Assembly (NCBI GenBank): GCA_965242525.1
Contig: OZ251459.1
Location: 3,040,001-3,104,000, forward strand
DNA: 64,000 nt
Origin: an uncultured Candidatus Binatia bacterium
GTDB lineage: Bacteria > Desulfobacterota > Binatia > UBA9968 > JAJDTQ01
Direction: 5' to 3'
Shown: one piece after another, positions 28,669 through 43,389 of the stretch
How positions within the stretch are numbered: position 1 is the stretch's first letter
How the letters are laid out: each line of letters begins with the position of its first letter
The notes under the pieces: model-generated
Seen by the model: only the letters and a program-made list of their open reading frames with translations
What the model was told of the DNA's origin: nothing
Databases searched by the model: none
Program-made: the position numbers and the translations under genes

Positions 28669-30288
28669 TCAACGCTCCTTGCGGTTGATCATGTATTGCT
28701 GGACGATGCTCAGGATGTTGTTGACGAACCAGTAGATCGTGAGTCCCGCGGGAAAGCTTACGAATATGACGGTAAACACGAGGGGCATGAGCATCATCAT
28801 GCGCCGCTGGTTCGGGTCGCCGATGGCCGGGGACATCCACTGCTGGATGAACATGCTCGCTCCCATGAGCAGCACGAGCACCGGGATGCCGACTTCGTAG
28901 CCGAACAGGCTGACGGGGAGCGATTCCCAGTCCGGACGGGAAAGGTCGGTGATCCACAGGAAGCTCGCATGGCGCAGCTCGATGGGCGTCAGCAGGGCGT
29001 TGTAGAAGCCGATGAAGAAGGGGAACTGGAGGAGCATGGGCAGGCAGCCCCCAAGCGGGTTCACGTGGTTCCGCTTGTAGAGGTCCATCATCTCCTTGTT
29101 GAGGCGCGTCTTGTCGTCGCCGAACTTTTCCTTGAGGCGCTGCATCTGCGGTTGCAGTTTCTGCATGCGCTTCATGGAGACGAAGCTCTTCTGGGTCAGC
29201 GGCCACAACAGCAGCTTGATGAGGAGCGTGAGCAGGATGATGTCCAGGCCGTAGTTGCGCGTGTAGGTGTGGAAGAAGTTCAACGCGTGCAGCATGGGCA
29301 CGGCGATGAAGGCGAAATAGCCGAAGTCGATGGACTGCTCGAGGCCCCGGTCGAAGGATTCCAGCAGGTTGAGGACCTTCGGCCCCATGAAGAGGCGGTA
29401 ACGGACGGCGCCGTCCCCGGGGGAGAGGGACCGGCCCCGGGCCTCCATGACGAACCCACCGTCCTGGCGCGTCACCGTCGCTTCGGCCTCGACTCCGTCC
29501 CCGGGGATGAGCGCGGCGACGAAATAGGTGTAGCCGAAACCGGCCCAGGACAGCGGGTCGTCGATCTTCACCCGGCCTTCGATGTCGTCCGGCCATTCCC
29601 GGACGATGTCTCCGTCCCGGAGCGCGATGAGCCCCTCGAAGAGGGCGTCGCCCTTGACGCCCTTGTTCTCGCCGCGGGTGGGGAACAGCAGCCCCGCCCC
29701 TTGCGGCGCCCCGTCGATGGACACGGCCACTTCCACCGCGTAGCTGGAGCCGCTGAAGGTGAACTGCTTGACGATGCGCCGCCCCGACGGCGCGGCTCCG
29801 ACGAAGGAGATGCTCCCGTCGCCGCCGGCCTCCAGGTTCAGGTCCACGCCGCGCACTTCATAGACGATCCCCCGGTCGTCGCCAGTGGGCGTCTCCTGCA
29901 GGCGCAGCCCGAGGGGAAGCTCCACGCCGGCGCCCGCGGAGACCATGTCCATCAACGGGCTGTCGGCCTCCACCCCGGCCCGGTAGCGCTTCAGGCGGAA
30001 GCTCGCGAGCCGCCCCCCTTGGCTGGTGAAGCGCGCGATGTAGTCGGGGGTCTCCACCGTCACTTCCCGGACCGGCGCGTTGCGGACGGCCTCGGCGGGC
30101 GCGGATGGCGCCGTCAGCGGCCGCGGGGACGGCGCTGCCTGCGGCGCGGGACCCTCCTCCCTGACCCCCTGCCCCGCGGTCTCTTGCGCCGGAGGCGGCG
30201 CGGCCGGATAGAACCGCCTCATGTACTCCTGGTAGAGGATGATGATCAGGATCGAGACGACGACCGCTATGAAGGCTCGCTTTTCCAT
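28669..30288 (-). CDS. yidC: Membrane protein insertase YidC
   Basis: IDFGYF, NYGLDIILLT, VNPLGGCLPMLLQFP, GLTIYWFVNN. Confidence 0.96.
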   Translation of the reverse strand: MEKRAFIAVVVSILIIILYQEYMRRFYPAAPPPAQETAGQGVREEGPAPQAAPSPRPLTAPSAPAEAVRNAPVREVTVETPDYIARFTSQGGRLASFRLKRYRAGVEADSPLMDMVSAGAGVELPLGLRLQETPTGDDRGIVYEVRGVDLNLEAGGDGSISFVGAAPSGRRIVKQFTFSGSSYAVEVAVSIDGAPQGAGLLFPTRGENKGVKGDALFEGLIALRDGDIVREWPDDIEGRVKIDDPLSWAGFGYTYFVAALIPGDGVEAEATVTRQDGGFVMEARGRSLSPGDGAVRYRLFMGPKVLNLLESFDRGLEQSIDFGYFAFIAVPMLHALNFFHTYTRNYGLDIILLTLLIKLLLWPLTQKSFVSMKRMQKLQPQMQRLKEKFGDDKTRLNKEMMDLYKRNHVNPLGGCLPMLLQFPFFIGFYNALLTPIELRHASFLWITDLSRPDWESLPVSLFGYEVGIPVLVLLMGASMFIQQWMSPAIGDPNQRRMMMLMPLVFTVIFVSFPAGLTIYWFVNNILSIVQQYMINRKER

Positions 30289-30294
30289 GGGGTT

Positions 30295-30516
30295 TCACGG
30301 AACCGGGTCATACCCTCCGTCGTGGAACGGGTGGCAGCGCAGGATCCTCGACGCCCCCAGCAGGATTCCCCTGGCCGCGCCGTGGCGCTCCACCGCCTGC
30401 AGCGCATAGGCGGAGCAGGTGGGGAAGAACCGGCAGGAACGAGGCAACAGCGGCGAGAGGAAGCATTGGTAGCCCCTGATGCAGGTCCTCACGACGATGC
30501 GGGCGAGGGCGCTCAT
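30295..30516 (-). CDS. yidD: Membrane protein insertion efficiency factor YidD
   Basis: [27 protein letters not shown]. Confidence 0.95.
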   Translation of the reverse strand: MSALARIVVRTCIRGYQCFLSPLLPRSCRFFPTCSAYALQAVERHGAARGILLGASRILRCHPFHDGGYDPVP

Positions 30517-30520
30517 GGGG

Positions 30521-30877
30521 TCACCGGGGCTTCGGGTCCGGCCCGGTCGCCTTGCGGAGCTCCGCGGCCATGGCGGCGTAACTCAACTCTCCCGCTCCCC
30601 TTCGCGCGATGACCACCGTGTCCTGGTCGGGGCGGAACCTCTCCCGCCCGCGGCGAAAGAACTCGCGCACCCTGCGCTTCACGCGGTTGCGGACCACCGC
30701 CTTCCCCACCTTGGCGCTGACCGTGATCCCCAGCCGCTTGCCCAGCCGGTCGTTGTCTCTACGGATGATGACGAAGTGCGGCGTGTAGGACTTCCTGCCC
30801 CTGCGGGACAGGAGCAGGAACTCGGAACGTCTGGTCAGGCGGGCTTCCTTGGGGAAACTCTCGCGGACACAGGACAA
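30521..30877 (-). CDS. rnpA: Ribonuclease P protein component
   Basis: [25 protein letters not shown]. Confidence 0.95.
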   Translation of the reverse strand: MSCVRESFPKEARLTRRSEFLLLSRRGRKSYTPHFVIIRRDNDRLGKRLGITVSAKVGKAVVRNRVKRRVREFFRRGRERFRPDQDTVVIARRGAGELSYAAMAAELRKATGPDPKPR

Positions 30878-30886
30878 CGGCTCGTC

Positions 30887-31048
30887 CTAGGAACGAGGTC
30901 CCTTCGGCGGGATGACGACGGTCAGCCGCTTCCTTCCCTTGGCCCTCCGGCGCTTGAGCACGTTGCGTCCGCCGGGGGTCTCCATTCGCGCAAAGAAGCC
31001 GTGGGTCCTCTTCCGCTTCAGGTTGCTCGGTTGATACGTCCGCTTCAT
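30887..31048 (-). CDS. rpmH: 50S ribosomal protein L34
   Basis: [42 protein letters not shown]. Confidence 0.97.
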   Translation of the reverse strand: MKRTYQPSNLKRKRTHGFFARMETPGGRNVLKRRRAKGRKRLTVVIPPKGPRS

Positions 31049-31186
31049 TTGCGACCCCCGTCCTTCCGTACATCCTTCAGGGTTCCCTTTCAAGCATACG
31101 GGCAAGGGCTTGTCAATTCGCGGTGCGCCCCGGCGCCGCCCCCTCCCGCCCGCGCCCGAACCCGACCCCTGGACCCGGACCGCCCC

Positions 31187-31215
31187 TTGACCCTCCCCGC
31201 CCCTCCTGCCATGCT
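31187..31215 (+). promoter_or_regulatory. Putative sigma70 promoter divergent from rpmH
   Basis: TTGACC-17 bp-CATGCT with TG extension, pointing at the methyltransferase gene. Confidence 0.35.
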
Positions 31216-31374
31216 CCCCCGTGACCCAGGCCGGGCCACGGTTGCCCCCGATGCGGGGACCCCGGAGCCAACCGGACCGCTCCCGCGAGGACCCTGCGAG
31301 GACATGGCGGCCGATCAGGCAGCCAACCCTTCCCCGGGGAGAAGAAAATCGAGCCGGATGAAACGGGACAGTTC

Positions 31375-32442
31375 ATGAGCAAGCTCGGGAATACTGCACG
31401 AACGCCCCTGTTCCCGGAATCGCGGGGGCGCCCGAGATACCCTGATATTGGAGACAGGTTCGTCCGCGGCCAGGCGGAAATCCATTTCGACCGAGCCGAG
31501 AACCTGTATGCGTCGTGGCAAAGACCCACCTGCATCATTTCCGACGGACCCTACGGCATCAGCGGATACCCCGGCGACAACCACAAGGCCGAAACCCTCG
31601 CCGACTGGTACGAGCCCCACATCAAGTTGTGGAGCGAGTACTCGTCACCCGAAACAACCCTCTGGTTCTGGAACACCGAAGCAGGCTGGGCAACCGTACA
31701 CCCCGTGCTGTTGGCAAATGGTTGGGAGTATCGCTGCTGCAACATCTGGGACAAGGGGTTGGGGCACGTCGCGGGCAACGCGAATACGCAGACGCTGCGC
31801 AAGTTCCCGGTCGTCACCGAGGTCTGCGCCCATTACGTCAAGGCGGCAACGTTTCAGGCGGACGGCAAGTCACTGACCATGCAGGAATGGCTTCGTCATG
31901 AGTGGAAACGGACCGGATTGCCGTTTCGCTTCGCCAACGAAGCGTGCGGCGTACTCAACGCCGCGACCCGAAAATATCTCACCGCAGACCATCTCTGGTA
32001 TTATCCGCCCGTGGAGGCTTTCGAGAGGCTGTCGCAATACGCGAACGAACGCGGCGCTCCGGAGGGGCGACCCTATTTCAGCATGGACGGACAGGCCCCC
32101 CTGTCCGGTTCCCGGTGGGCGCGGCTACGGGCAAAGTTCACCTGCGACGTAGGGGTAACGAATGTGTGGCGCGAACCGCAACTCAGCGGCTCGGAACGAA
32201 TCCAGGGAACGAGGAACGGCATGAAGTACAAGTTCAGCAGCCTGCACGGCAGCCAGAAGCCGTTGAAGTTCATGGAACTCATCATCCGTGCGACGACGGA
32301 TGAAGGCGACGTCGTGTGGGAGCCCTTCGGCGGATTGTGCCCGGGAGCAGTGGTTTCCCATCGTCTCGGACGTCGATACCACGCCGCGGAGATTATCCCC
32401 GAATTCTACGCCGCAGCAGTAGAAAGGCTGGCCTCGTCATGA
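31375..32442 (+). CDS. Site-specific DNA methyltransferase (N4-C/N6-A, beta-type motif order)
   Basis: Motif IV variant ISDGPYG near the N-terminus, NIWDKG, HGSQKP, motif I variant VWEPFGG near the C-terminus. Confidence 0.85.
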   Translation: MSKLGNTARTPLFPESRGRPRYPDIGDRFVRGQAEIHFDRAENLYASWQRPTCIISDGPYGISGYPGDNHKAETLADWYEPHIKLWSEYSSPETTLWFWNTEAGWATVHPVLLANGWEYRCCNIWDKGLGHVAGNANTQTLRKFPVVTEVCAHYVKAATFQADGKSLTMQEWLRHEWKRTGLPFRFANEACGVLNAATRKYLTADHLWYYPPVEAFERLSQYANERGAPEGRPYFSMDGQAPLSGSRWARLRAKFTCDVGVTNVWREPQLSGSERIQGTRNGMKYKFSSLHGSQKPLKFMELIIRATTDEGDVVWEPFGGLCPGAVVSHRLGRRYHAAEIIPEFYAAAVERLASS

Positions 32443-32775
32443 ATGACGAGGTTGCTTCGTCCGGCCCGCGCCGGGAGCCGCTTTCCGCGGACGATGAGCA
32501 TTATCAACTTCGGACGATTGGCGCGTACCGGAATGATGGACTCGTATGTACAGAAGCTCAACGAGGTCCAACTATGCGGTATCAAGACGGACTATTGGCG
32601 GCAGTTCCTGAAAGCGTTCCAGGAGAGCACCACGGATGCGGAAGCTCGCGCCGCCCTCGAACGGCTGAATCGACGGGTGCATCAGACGACCGATGTCGCT
32701 TCCCCAAAGGCCCAATCTGCGTTGACGATCATAGACCAACTCGAACGCCTGCTCGATCTGCCGGAGGACCTTTGA
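32439..32775 (+). pseudogene. Probable internally deleted partner gene (restriction-endonuclease remnant)
   Basis: ATGA-coupled start reads MNDEVASSGPRREPLSADDEHYQL; protein-like sequence continues in another frame as NFGRLARTGMMDSY...YWRQFLKAF; junction near 32505-32513. Confidence 0.45.
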
Positions 32776-32788
32776 CCCGGTCCGCTAC

Positions 32789-33013
32789 AGGAAACCCTGA
32801 ACAATCGGGACAGGGGGAATAAGCGCGTCCTTCGACTCCGCTTCGCTACGCTCAGGACGAACGGAGACAGGAGGGTCAGGATGAGGGAATCCGTCCTGGA
32901 TGTCTCGATTGTTCAGAGGTTCCTTTCGTAAGAATGGATGGATTCCCGCTTTCGCGGGAATGACGGGGGCAGGCGTCTGCGGGAATGACGAGGCAGGCGC
33001 CTGCGGGAATGAC
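32789..33013. repeat. Composite MITE-like repeat plus tandem GCGGGAATGAC REP units
   Basis: AGGAAACCCTGAACAATCGGGA...TCTCGATTGTTCAGAGGTTCCT (32789-32924) enclosing the inverted REP hairpin, followed by three GCGGGAATGAC units. Confidence 0.75.
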
Positions 33014-33027
33014 GGCAAGGCGTTCCC

Positions 33028-34023
33028 TCAGTCCGCCTCGGCCCGCTGGGTGCGGCCCATGAGGTCGCGCACAGCCTGCATGGGGTCCTTGTCCTCGTAC
33101 AGCACCCGGTACATCTGGTCCACGATGGGCATCTCGACTCCGAAACGCCGGGCGAGGCCGTGGACCGTCCGCGTGTTGCGGACGCCTTCGGCCACCATCC
33201 GGGTCCCGGCCACCACGTCCGCAAGACGGCTTCCCCGCCCGAGCTCGAAACCGACTTGGCGGTTGCGGCTCAGGCGGCCGGTGCAGGTCAGCACCAGGTC
33301 GCCCAGGCCCGGGAGGCCGGACAGGGTGACCGGGTCGGCGCCCATCTTCACGGCGAGCCGGGTCATCTCGGTCAGGCCTCGGGTAACCAGGGCGGCGCGG
33401 GCGTTGTGCCCCAGGTCCAGGCCGTCGCTGACGCCCGCGGCGATGGCGATGACGTTCTTGATCACGCCGCCCATCTGCACCCCCAGCACGTCCGTGGAGG
33501 TATAGACCCGCAACTCCGGGCAGCCGAGGCTCCGTTGCACGCTCCGCGCCACGCCGGGGTCGGCGCTGGCCGCGGTAAGGGCCGCGGGCAGCCCCTTGGC
33601 AACCTCCAGGGCGAAGGTCGGCCCGGACAGGAACGCGTACCGCCGGCCGCGGCCCAGGACCTCCGCCAGGACCTCGCCCATGGTCTTCAGGGTCGCCTCC
33701 TCCAGGCCCTTGGAGCCGCAGGCCACGGTGGCCTCCCGCGCGGCGAACGGCGCCGCCCTGCCCATCACCCCGCGCAGGAAGTGCGACGGCGTCACGCAGA
33801 CGAGCAGCTCTCGACCGGAAACCGCGGTCTCCAGCGAACGGGTGACCTGAAGGTGCGCGGGCAGCTTGACGCCGGGCAGATAGGTTGCGTTCTCGCCGGT
33901 CTCGCGTATGCGCGCGAACGTTTCCTCGGAGTTGCACCACAGGGCGACGTCAGCGTGCTTCCTGCACAGCAGCACCGCCAGGGCCGTGCCCCACCCGCCT
34001 GCGCCTATGACGCCGATGGACAT
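33028..34023 (-). CDS. gpsA: NAD(P)H-dependent glycerol-3-phosphate dehydrogenase
   Basis: GAGGWGTALA, LSGPTFA, KNVIAIAAG, GLGDLVLTCTGRLSRNR. Confidence 0.96.
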   Translation of the reverse strand: MSIGVIGAGGWGTALAVLLCRKHADVALWCNSEETFARIRETGENATYLPGVKLPAHLQVTRSLETAVSGRELLVCVTPSHFLRGVMGRAAPFAAREATVACGSKGLEEATLKTMGEVLAEVLGRGRRYAFLSGPTFALEVAKGLPAALTAASADPGVARSVQRSLGCPELRVYTSTDVLGVQMGGVIKNVIAIAAGVSDGLDLGHNARAALVTRGLTEMTRLAVKMGADPVTLSGLPGLGDLVLTCTGRLSRNRQVGFELGRGSRLADVVAGTRMVAEGVRNTRTVHGLARRFGVEMPIVDQMYRVLYEDKDPMQAVRDLMGRTQRAEAD

Positions 34024-34085
34024 CCAGGAATCCCGGCCGGCGGACGGCCCCTGCCCTCACCCCCAACCCTTCTGCCGGAGGGAGA

Positions 34086-34363
34086 GCGCGTCCTTCGACT
34101 TCGCTTCGCTACGCTCAGGACGAACGGGGATGGGATCCCACCGCTCTTTCCCGTCCTTCATTGGCGTCAACGGGGGTAACCACGTGCAACCCATGTTCCC
34201 GGTCCAACCTGTAAAGGGACATCTGAACAATCGAGACATCCGGGATGGATTCCCTTACCCTGACCCTCCTGTCCCCGTTCGTCCTGAGCGTAGCGAAGCG
34301 AAGTCGAAGGACGCGCTTTTTATGGGGAGAAGCACATCGAGCCGGAATGGAACAGAGGTTCCT
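34086..34363. repeat. Two REP-like hairpin copies (opposite orientation), one within a MITE-like element
   Basis: Inverted copy 34086-34128, direct copy 34275-34316; ends AGGGACATCTGAACAATCG (34215) and CAGAGGTTCCT (34363). Confidence 0.7.
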
Positions 34364-34401
34364 AAACCATGTCCGGCTTGCACAGCCCGTCCGCTGTCCG
34401 T

Positions 34402-36837
<2,436 letters not shown>

Positions 36838-36915
36838 GGACGGGGACTCGGCGATGGCAAAGGAGGCGCGTCGGCAACGGACCGACAGGAGGGAGGAAGC
36901 GACACGGGCGAAGGT

Positions 36916-39522
<2,607 letters not shown>

Positions 39523-40779
39523 TCATCCGTCGCAGACTTCCGGGCGTTGCTCGATGTATTCGAGCAGGGCCTCTGCGGCCCATTGATGGCCGGCGGGGCT
39601 CCAGTGGCCGTCGTGGGGCCAGTGGGCGTCCGTGAGCTTGGCGCCCTGGCGGAGGATGTAGTCGGCTTGGTCGATGACGGGAATGCCGAGAGTCGCGGCC
39701 ATTTCGCTCATTCGCTCGAACAGGGAAGTTCCGGGGTTCTTCAGCGTGTGTGTCGCCAGGATGACCAGCGCAGCGCCGTCCCGGTCGGCGCGCCGCTGGA
39801 ACTGCTCCAGCGCGAAGCGGGTGTATTGCAGGGCGTCCTCGTAAAAGGGAGGCAGGTCCCTTCGAGAGAAGCCTCGCTCCATGTCGGCCAAACTGGCGGG
39901 CCGCCATCCTTCGAACATCGCAGCATAGCCGGGGTGCTGCCTCAGAACCTCCTGTTTCCGGAAGAACCGGTGTCGTGTGTCACGAGGAGGAACCAACGCC
40001 TTCTTCAACGCGTTCTTCTTGGCGGACAACCAGAGGGCAAACCGTGAATGGGCCATCGCCTCCCTTCCGGCGAGGGCGGTCCCCGATGGCTGGGGCCAGA
40101 AACCCTCTGGGAGCTGGTCCTGGGGGTAGGCCCATGCCAGTTCCAACTCCCCGTCCGGGCGCTTTCTCACCATGGGCTCCCAGCCCCATCCCCAGCTCCC
40201 TGCTGCCCACTTCAGTGCCCTCAGAAGCCGCGTGTTGTTGCCGAAATCATTGTCGACGAAGACCAGCACGAGCAGTTTGGGACGGAAGCGTCGGGCATAT
40301 TCGTCGTAGAACGGCAGTTGCTGGACTTGGCCGGTATTTCCCACCCCGAAGGCCGAGGTCGTGACTTCCATTCGGGGCAACCGGGCAGCGGCGAGTTCTT
40401 CGAGGCGAACCTGGACCTTGCGGTGGATGGGGACCTCCATCGCCTCCACGAAGGAGTCGCCGATGACGGAGACGTGGCAGGTTGCTGCGGCGCGTTCGGG
40501 GCTCGGGGGCTCCCGGTCGAGGAAGCCCAAGCTGTTGGTGCGGGAGACGTTCCAGAAGTCGAGTTCGTTGGTATGGCGTATCTCCGTGTTCGGCGGTCTG
40601 AGATAGCCTACGTTCGGGACGAACACCAAGGGGCGGCTCGGTCCCATGAACGGCACGGTCAGACGAAGCCAGGCTTCTCCGGCCAACCCCACCAGCGCGG
40701 CGCCTGCGACCAACAGAAGCACGTTCCATCCGATGAGGCGCAGCGCACGACGGAACCCGGCCATTGACGAAGATACCAC
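39523..40779 (-). CDS. SGNH/GDSL hydrolase-family protein with N-terminal membrane anchor (copy A)
   Basis: VIGDSFVEA, FVDNDF, HDGHW. Confidence 0.8.
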   Translation of the reverse strand: MVSSSMAGFRRALRLIGWNVLLLVAGAALVGLAGEAWLRLTVPFMGPSRPLVFVPNVGYLRPPNTEIRHTNELDFWNVSRTNSLGFLDREPPSPERAAATCHVSVIGDSFVEAMEVPIHRKVQVRLEELAAARLPRMEVTTSAFGVGNTGQVQQLPFYDEYARRFRPKLLVLVFVDNDFGNNTRLLRALKWAAGSWGWGWEPMVRKRPDGELELAWAYPQDQLPEGFWPQPSGTALAGREAMAHSRFALWLSAKKNALKKALVPPRDTRHRFFRKQEVLRQHPGYAAMFEGWRPASLADMERGFSRRDLPPFYEDALQYTRFALEQFQRRADRDGAALVILATHTLKNPGTSLFERMSEMAATLGIPVIDQADYILRQGAKLTDAHWPHDGHWSPAGHQWAAEALLEYIEQRPEVCDG

Positions 40780-40814
40780 GGCGTCCCGCCTGCCTCAAGC
40801 CGCGCCCGAGGCGG

Positions 40815-42068
40815 TCACCCGTCGCAGACTTCCGGGCGTTGCTCGATGTATTCGAGCAGGGCCTCTGCGGCCCATTGGTGGCCGGCGGGGTTCCAGTGGT
40901 AGTCGTGGGGCCATCGGGCGTCCGAGAGCCTGGCGCCCTGCCGGAGAATGTAGTCGGCCTGGTCGATGACGGGAATGCCGAGAGTTGCGGCCATTTCGCT
41001 CATTCGCTCGAATATGCGGGTTCCGGGGGTCTTCAGCGTGTGTGTCCCCAGGATGACCAGCGCGGCGCCGTCCCGGTCGGCGCGCTGCTGGAACTGCTCC
41101 AGCGCGAAGCGGGTGTATTGCAGGGCGTCCTCGAAAAAGGGAGGCAGGTCCCTTCGAGAGAGAGCCAGATTCACGTCGGTCCAAGTGGCAGGCTGCCATC
41201 CTTCGAACATCGCAGCATAGCCGGGCTGCCGCATCAGAGCCTCCCGTTTCCGGGAGAACCGGTGTCGTGCGCTGGAAGAAGGAGGAGGAGGAAGAAACGC
41301 GTTCTTCTTGACGGACAACCAGAGGGCAAACCATGAATGGGCCATCGCCCTCCTTCCGGCGAGGGCGGCCCCCGATGGTTGGGACCAGAAACCCTCTGGA
41401 AGCTGGTCCTGGGGGGAGGACCATGCCAGTTCCAACTCCCCGTCCGGGCGCTTTCCCACCATGGGCTCCCAAGGACGTTTTCGGCTCCCTGGCAATGAAC
41501 CCAACGATCTCAGAAGCGGCGCGTTGTTGAAGAAATCATTGCCAACGAAGACCAGCACGAGCAGTTTGGGATGCAGCCGCCGGGCATATTGGTCGTAGAA
41601 CGGCAGTTGCTGGACTTGGCCGGTATTTTCCAACCCGAAGGCCGAAGTCGTGACGTCCAGGTGGGGCAAGCGGTTGGCGGCGAGTTCTTCGAGGCGAACC
41701 TGGAGCTTTCGATCGATGGGGACCGACAGCGCCTCCACGAAGGAGTCGCCGATGACGGAGACGTGGCAGGTTGCTGCGGCGCGTTCGGGGCTCGGGGGTT
41801 CCCGGTCGAGGAAGCCCAGGCTGTTGGTGCGGGAGACGGTCCAGTAGTCGTGTCCGTTGGTATGGCGTATCTCCGTGTTCGGCGGTCTGAGATAGCCTAC
41901 GTTCGGGACGAACTCCAGGGGTGGGCTCGATTTCAGGAACGGCACGGTCAGGCGAAGCCAGGCTTCTCCGGCCAACCCCACCAGCGCGACGCCTGCGACC
42001 AACAGAAGCACGTTCCATCCAATGAGGCGCAGCGCACGGCGGAACCCGGCCATCAACGAAGATACCAC
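40815..42068 (-). CDS. SGNH/GDSL hydrolase-family protein (copy B)
   Basis: VIGDSFVEA, FVGNDF, HDYHW. Confidence 0.8.
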   Translation of the reverse strand: MVSSLMAGFRRALRLIGWNVLLLVAGVALVGLAGEAWLRLTVPFLKSSPPLEFVPNVGYLRPPNTEIRHTNGHDYWTVSRTNSLGFLDREPPSPERAAATCHVSVIGDSFVEALSVPIDRKLQVRLEELAANRLPHLDVTTSAFGLENTGQVQQLPFYDQYARRLHPKLLVLVFVGNDFFNNAPLLRSLGSLPGSRKRPWEPMVGKRPDGELELAWSSPQDQLPEGFWSQPSGAALAGRRAMAHSWFALWLSVKKNAFLPPPPSSSARHRFSRKREALMRQPGYAAMFEGWQPATWTDVNLALSRRDLPPFFEDALQYTRFALEQFQQRADRDGAALVILGTHTLKTPGTRIFERMSEMAATLGIPVIDQADYILRQGARLSDARWPHDYHWNPAGHQWAAEALLEYIEQRPEVCDG

Positions 42069-42103
42069 GGCGTCCCGCCTGCATCAAGCCGTGTCCGGGG
42101 CGG

Positions 42104-43354
42104 TCACCCGTCGCAGACTTCCGGGCGTTGCTCGATATATTCGAGCAGGGCCTCTGCGGCCCATTGGTGGCCGGCGGGGTTCCAGTGGTAGTCGTGGGGC
42201 CACCAGGCGTCCGAGAGCTCGGCGCCCTGCCGGAGGATGTAGTCGGCCTGGCCGACGACGGGAATATCGAGGGCCGCGGCCATTTCGCTCATTCGCTCGA
42301 ATATGCGGGTTCCGGGGGTCCCCAGCGTGTGTGTCGCCAGGATGACCAGCGCGGCGCCGTCCCGGTCGGCGCGCTGCTGGAACTGCTCCAGCGCGAAGCG
42401 GGTGTATTGCAGGGCGTCCTCGTAAAAGGGAGGCAGATCCCTTCGAGAGAAGGCTCGCTCCATGTCGGCCCAACCGGCAGGCCGCCATCCTTCGAACATC
42501 GCAGCATAGCCGGGCTGCCGCATCAGAGCCTCCCGTTTCCGGGAGAACCGGTGTCGTGCGTTGGAAGAAGGAGGAGGAAACAACGCGTTCTTCTTGGCGG
42601 ACAACCAGAGGGCAAACCGTGAATGGGCCATGGCCTTCCTTCCGGCGAGGGCGGCCCCCGATGGTTGAGGCCAGAAACCCTCTGGGAGCTGGTCCTGGGG
42701 GTAGGCCCATGCCAGTTCCAACTCCCCGTCCGGGCGCTTTCTCACCGTGGGCTCCAAACCCCATCCTCGGCTCCATTCTGTCCACTGCAGTGCCCTCAGA
42801 AGCGGCGTGTTGTTGTCGAAATCATTGTCGACGAAGACCAGCACGAGCAGTTTGGGACGGAGCCGTCGGGCATATTCGTCGTAGAACGGCAGTTGCTGGA
42901 CTTGGCCGGTATTCCTCAACCCGAAGGCCGAGGTCGTGACGTCCAGGCGGGGCAACCGGCTGGCGGCGAGTTCTTCGAGGCGAACCTGGAGCTTTTGATC
43001 GATGGGGACCTCCATCGCCTCCACGAAGGAGTCGCCGATGACGGAGACGTGGCAGGTTGCTGCGGCGCGTTCGGGGCTCGGGGGTTCCCGGTCGAGGAAG
43101 CCCAGGCTGTTGGTGCGGGAGACGTTCCAGTAGTCGAGTCCGTTGGTATGGCGTATCTCCGTGTTCGGCGGTCTGAGATAGCCTACGTTCGGGACGAACT
43201 CCAGGGGTCGGCTCGATGCGATGAACGGCACGGTCAGTCGAAGCCGGGCTTCTCCGGCCAACCCCACCAGCGCGGCGCCCGCGACCATGATGAGCGCATT
43301 CCATCCGATGAGGCGCAGCGCGCGGCGGAACCCGGCCATTGACGAAGATACCAC
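42104..43354 (-). CDS. SGNH/GDSL hydrolase-family protein (copy C)
   Basis: VIGDSFVEA, FVDNDF, HDYHW. Confidence 0.8.
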   Translation of the reverse strand: MVSSSMAGFRRALRLIGWNALIMVAGAALVGLAGEARLRLTVPFIASSRPLEFVPNVGYLRPPNTEIRHTNGLDYWNVSRTNSLGFLDREPPSPERAAATCHVSVIGDSFVEAMEVPIDQKLQVRLEELAASRLPRLDVTTSAFGLRNTGQVQQLPFYDEYARRLRPKLLVLVFVDNDFDNNTPLLRALQWTEWSRGWGLEPTVRKRPDGELELAWAYPQDQLPEGFWPQPSGAALAGRKAMAHSRFALWLSAKKNALFPPPSSNARHRFSRKREALMRQPGYAAMFEGWRPAGWADMERAFSRRDLPPFYEDALQYTRFALEQFQQRADRDGAALVILATHTLGTPGTRIFERMSEMAAALDIPVVGQADYILRQGAELSDAWWPHDYHWNPAGHQWAAEALLEYIEQRPEVCDG

Positions 43355-43389
43355 GGCGTCCCGCCTGCCTCAAGCCGCGCCCGGGGCGG

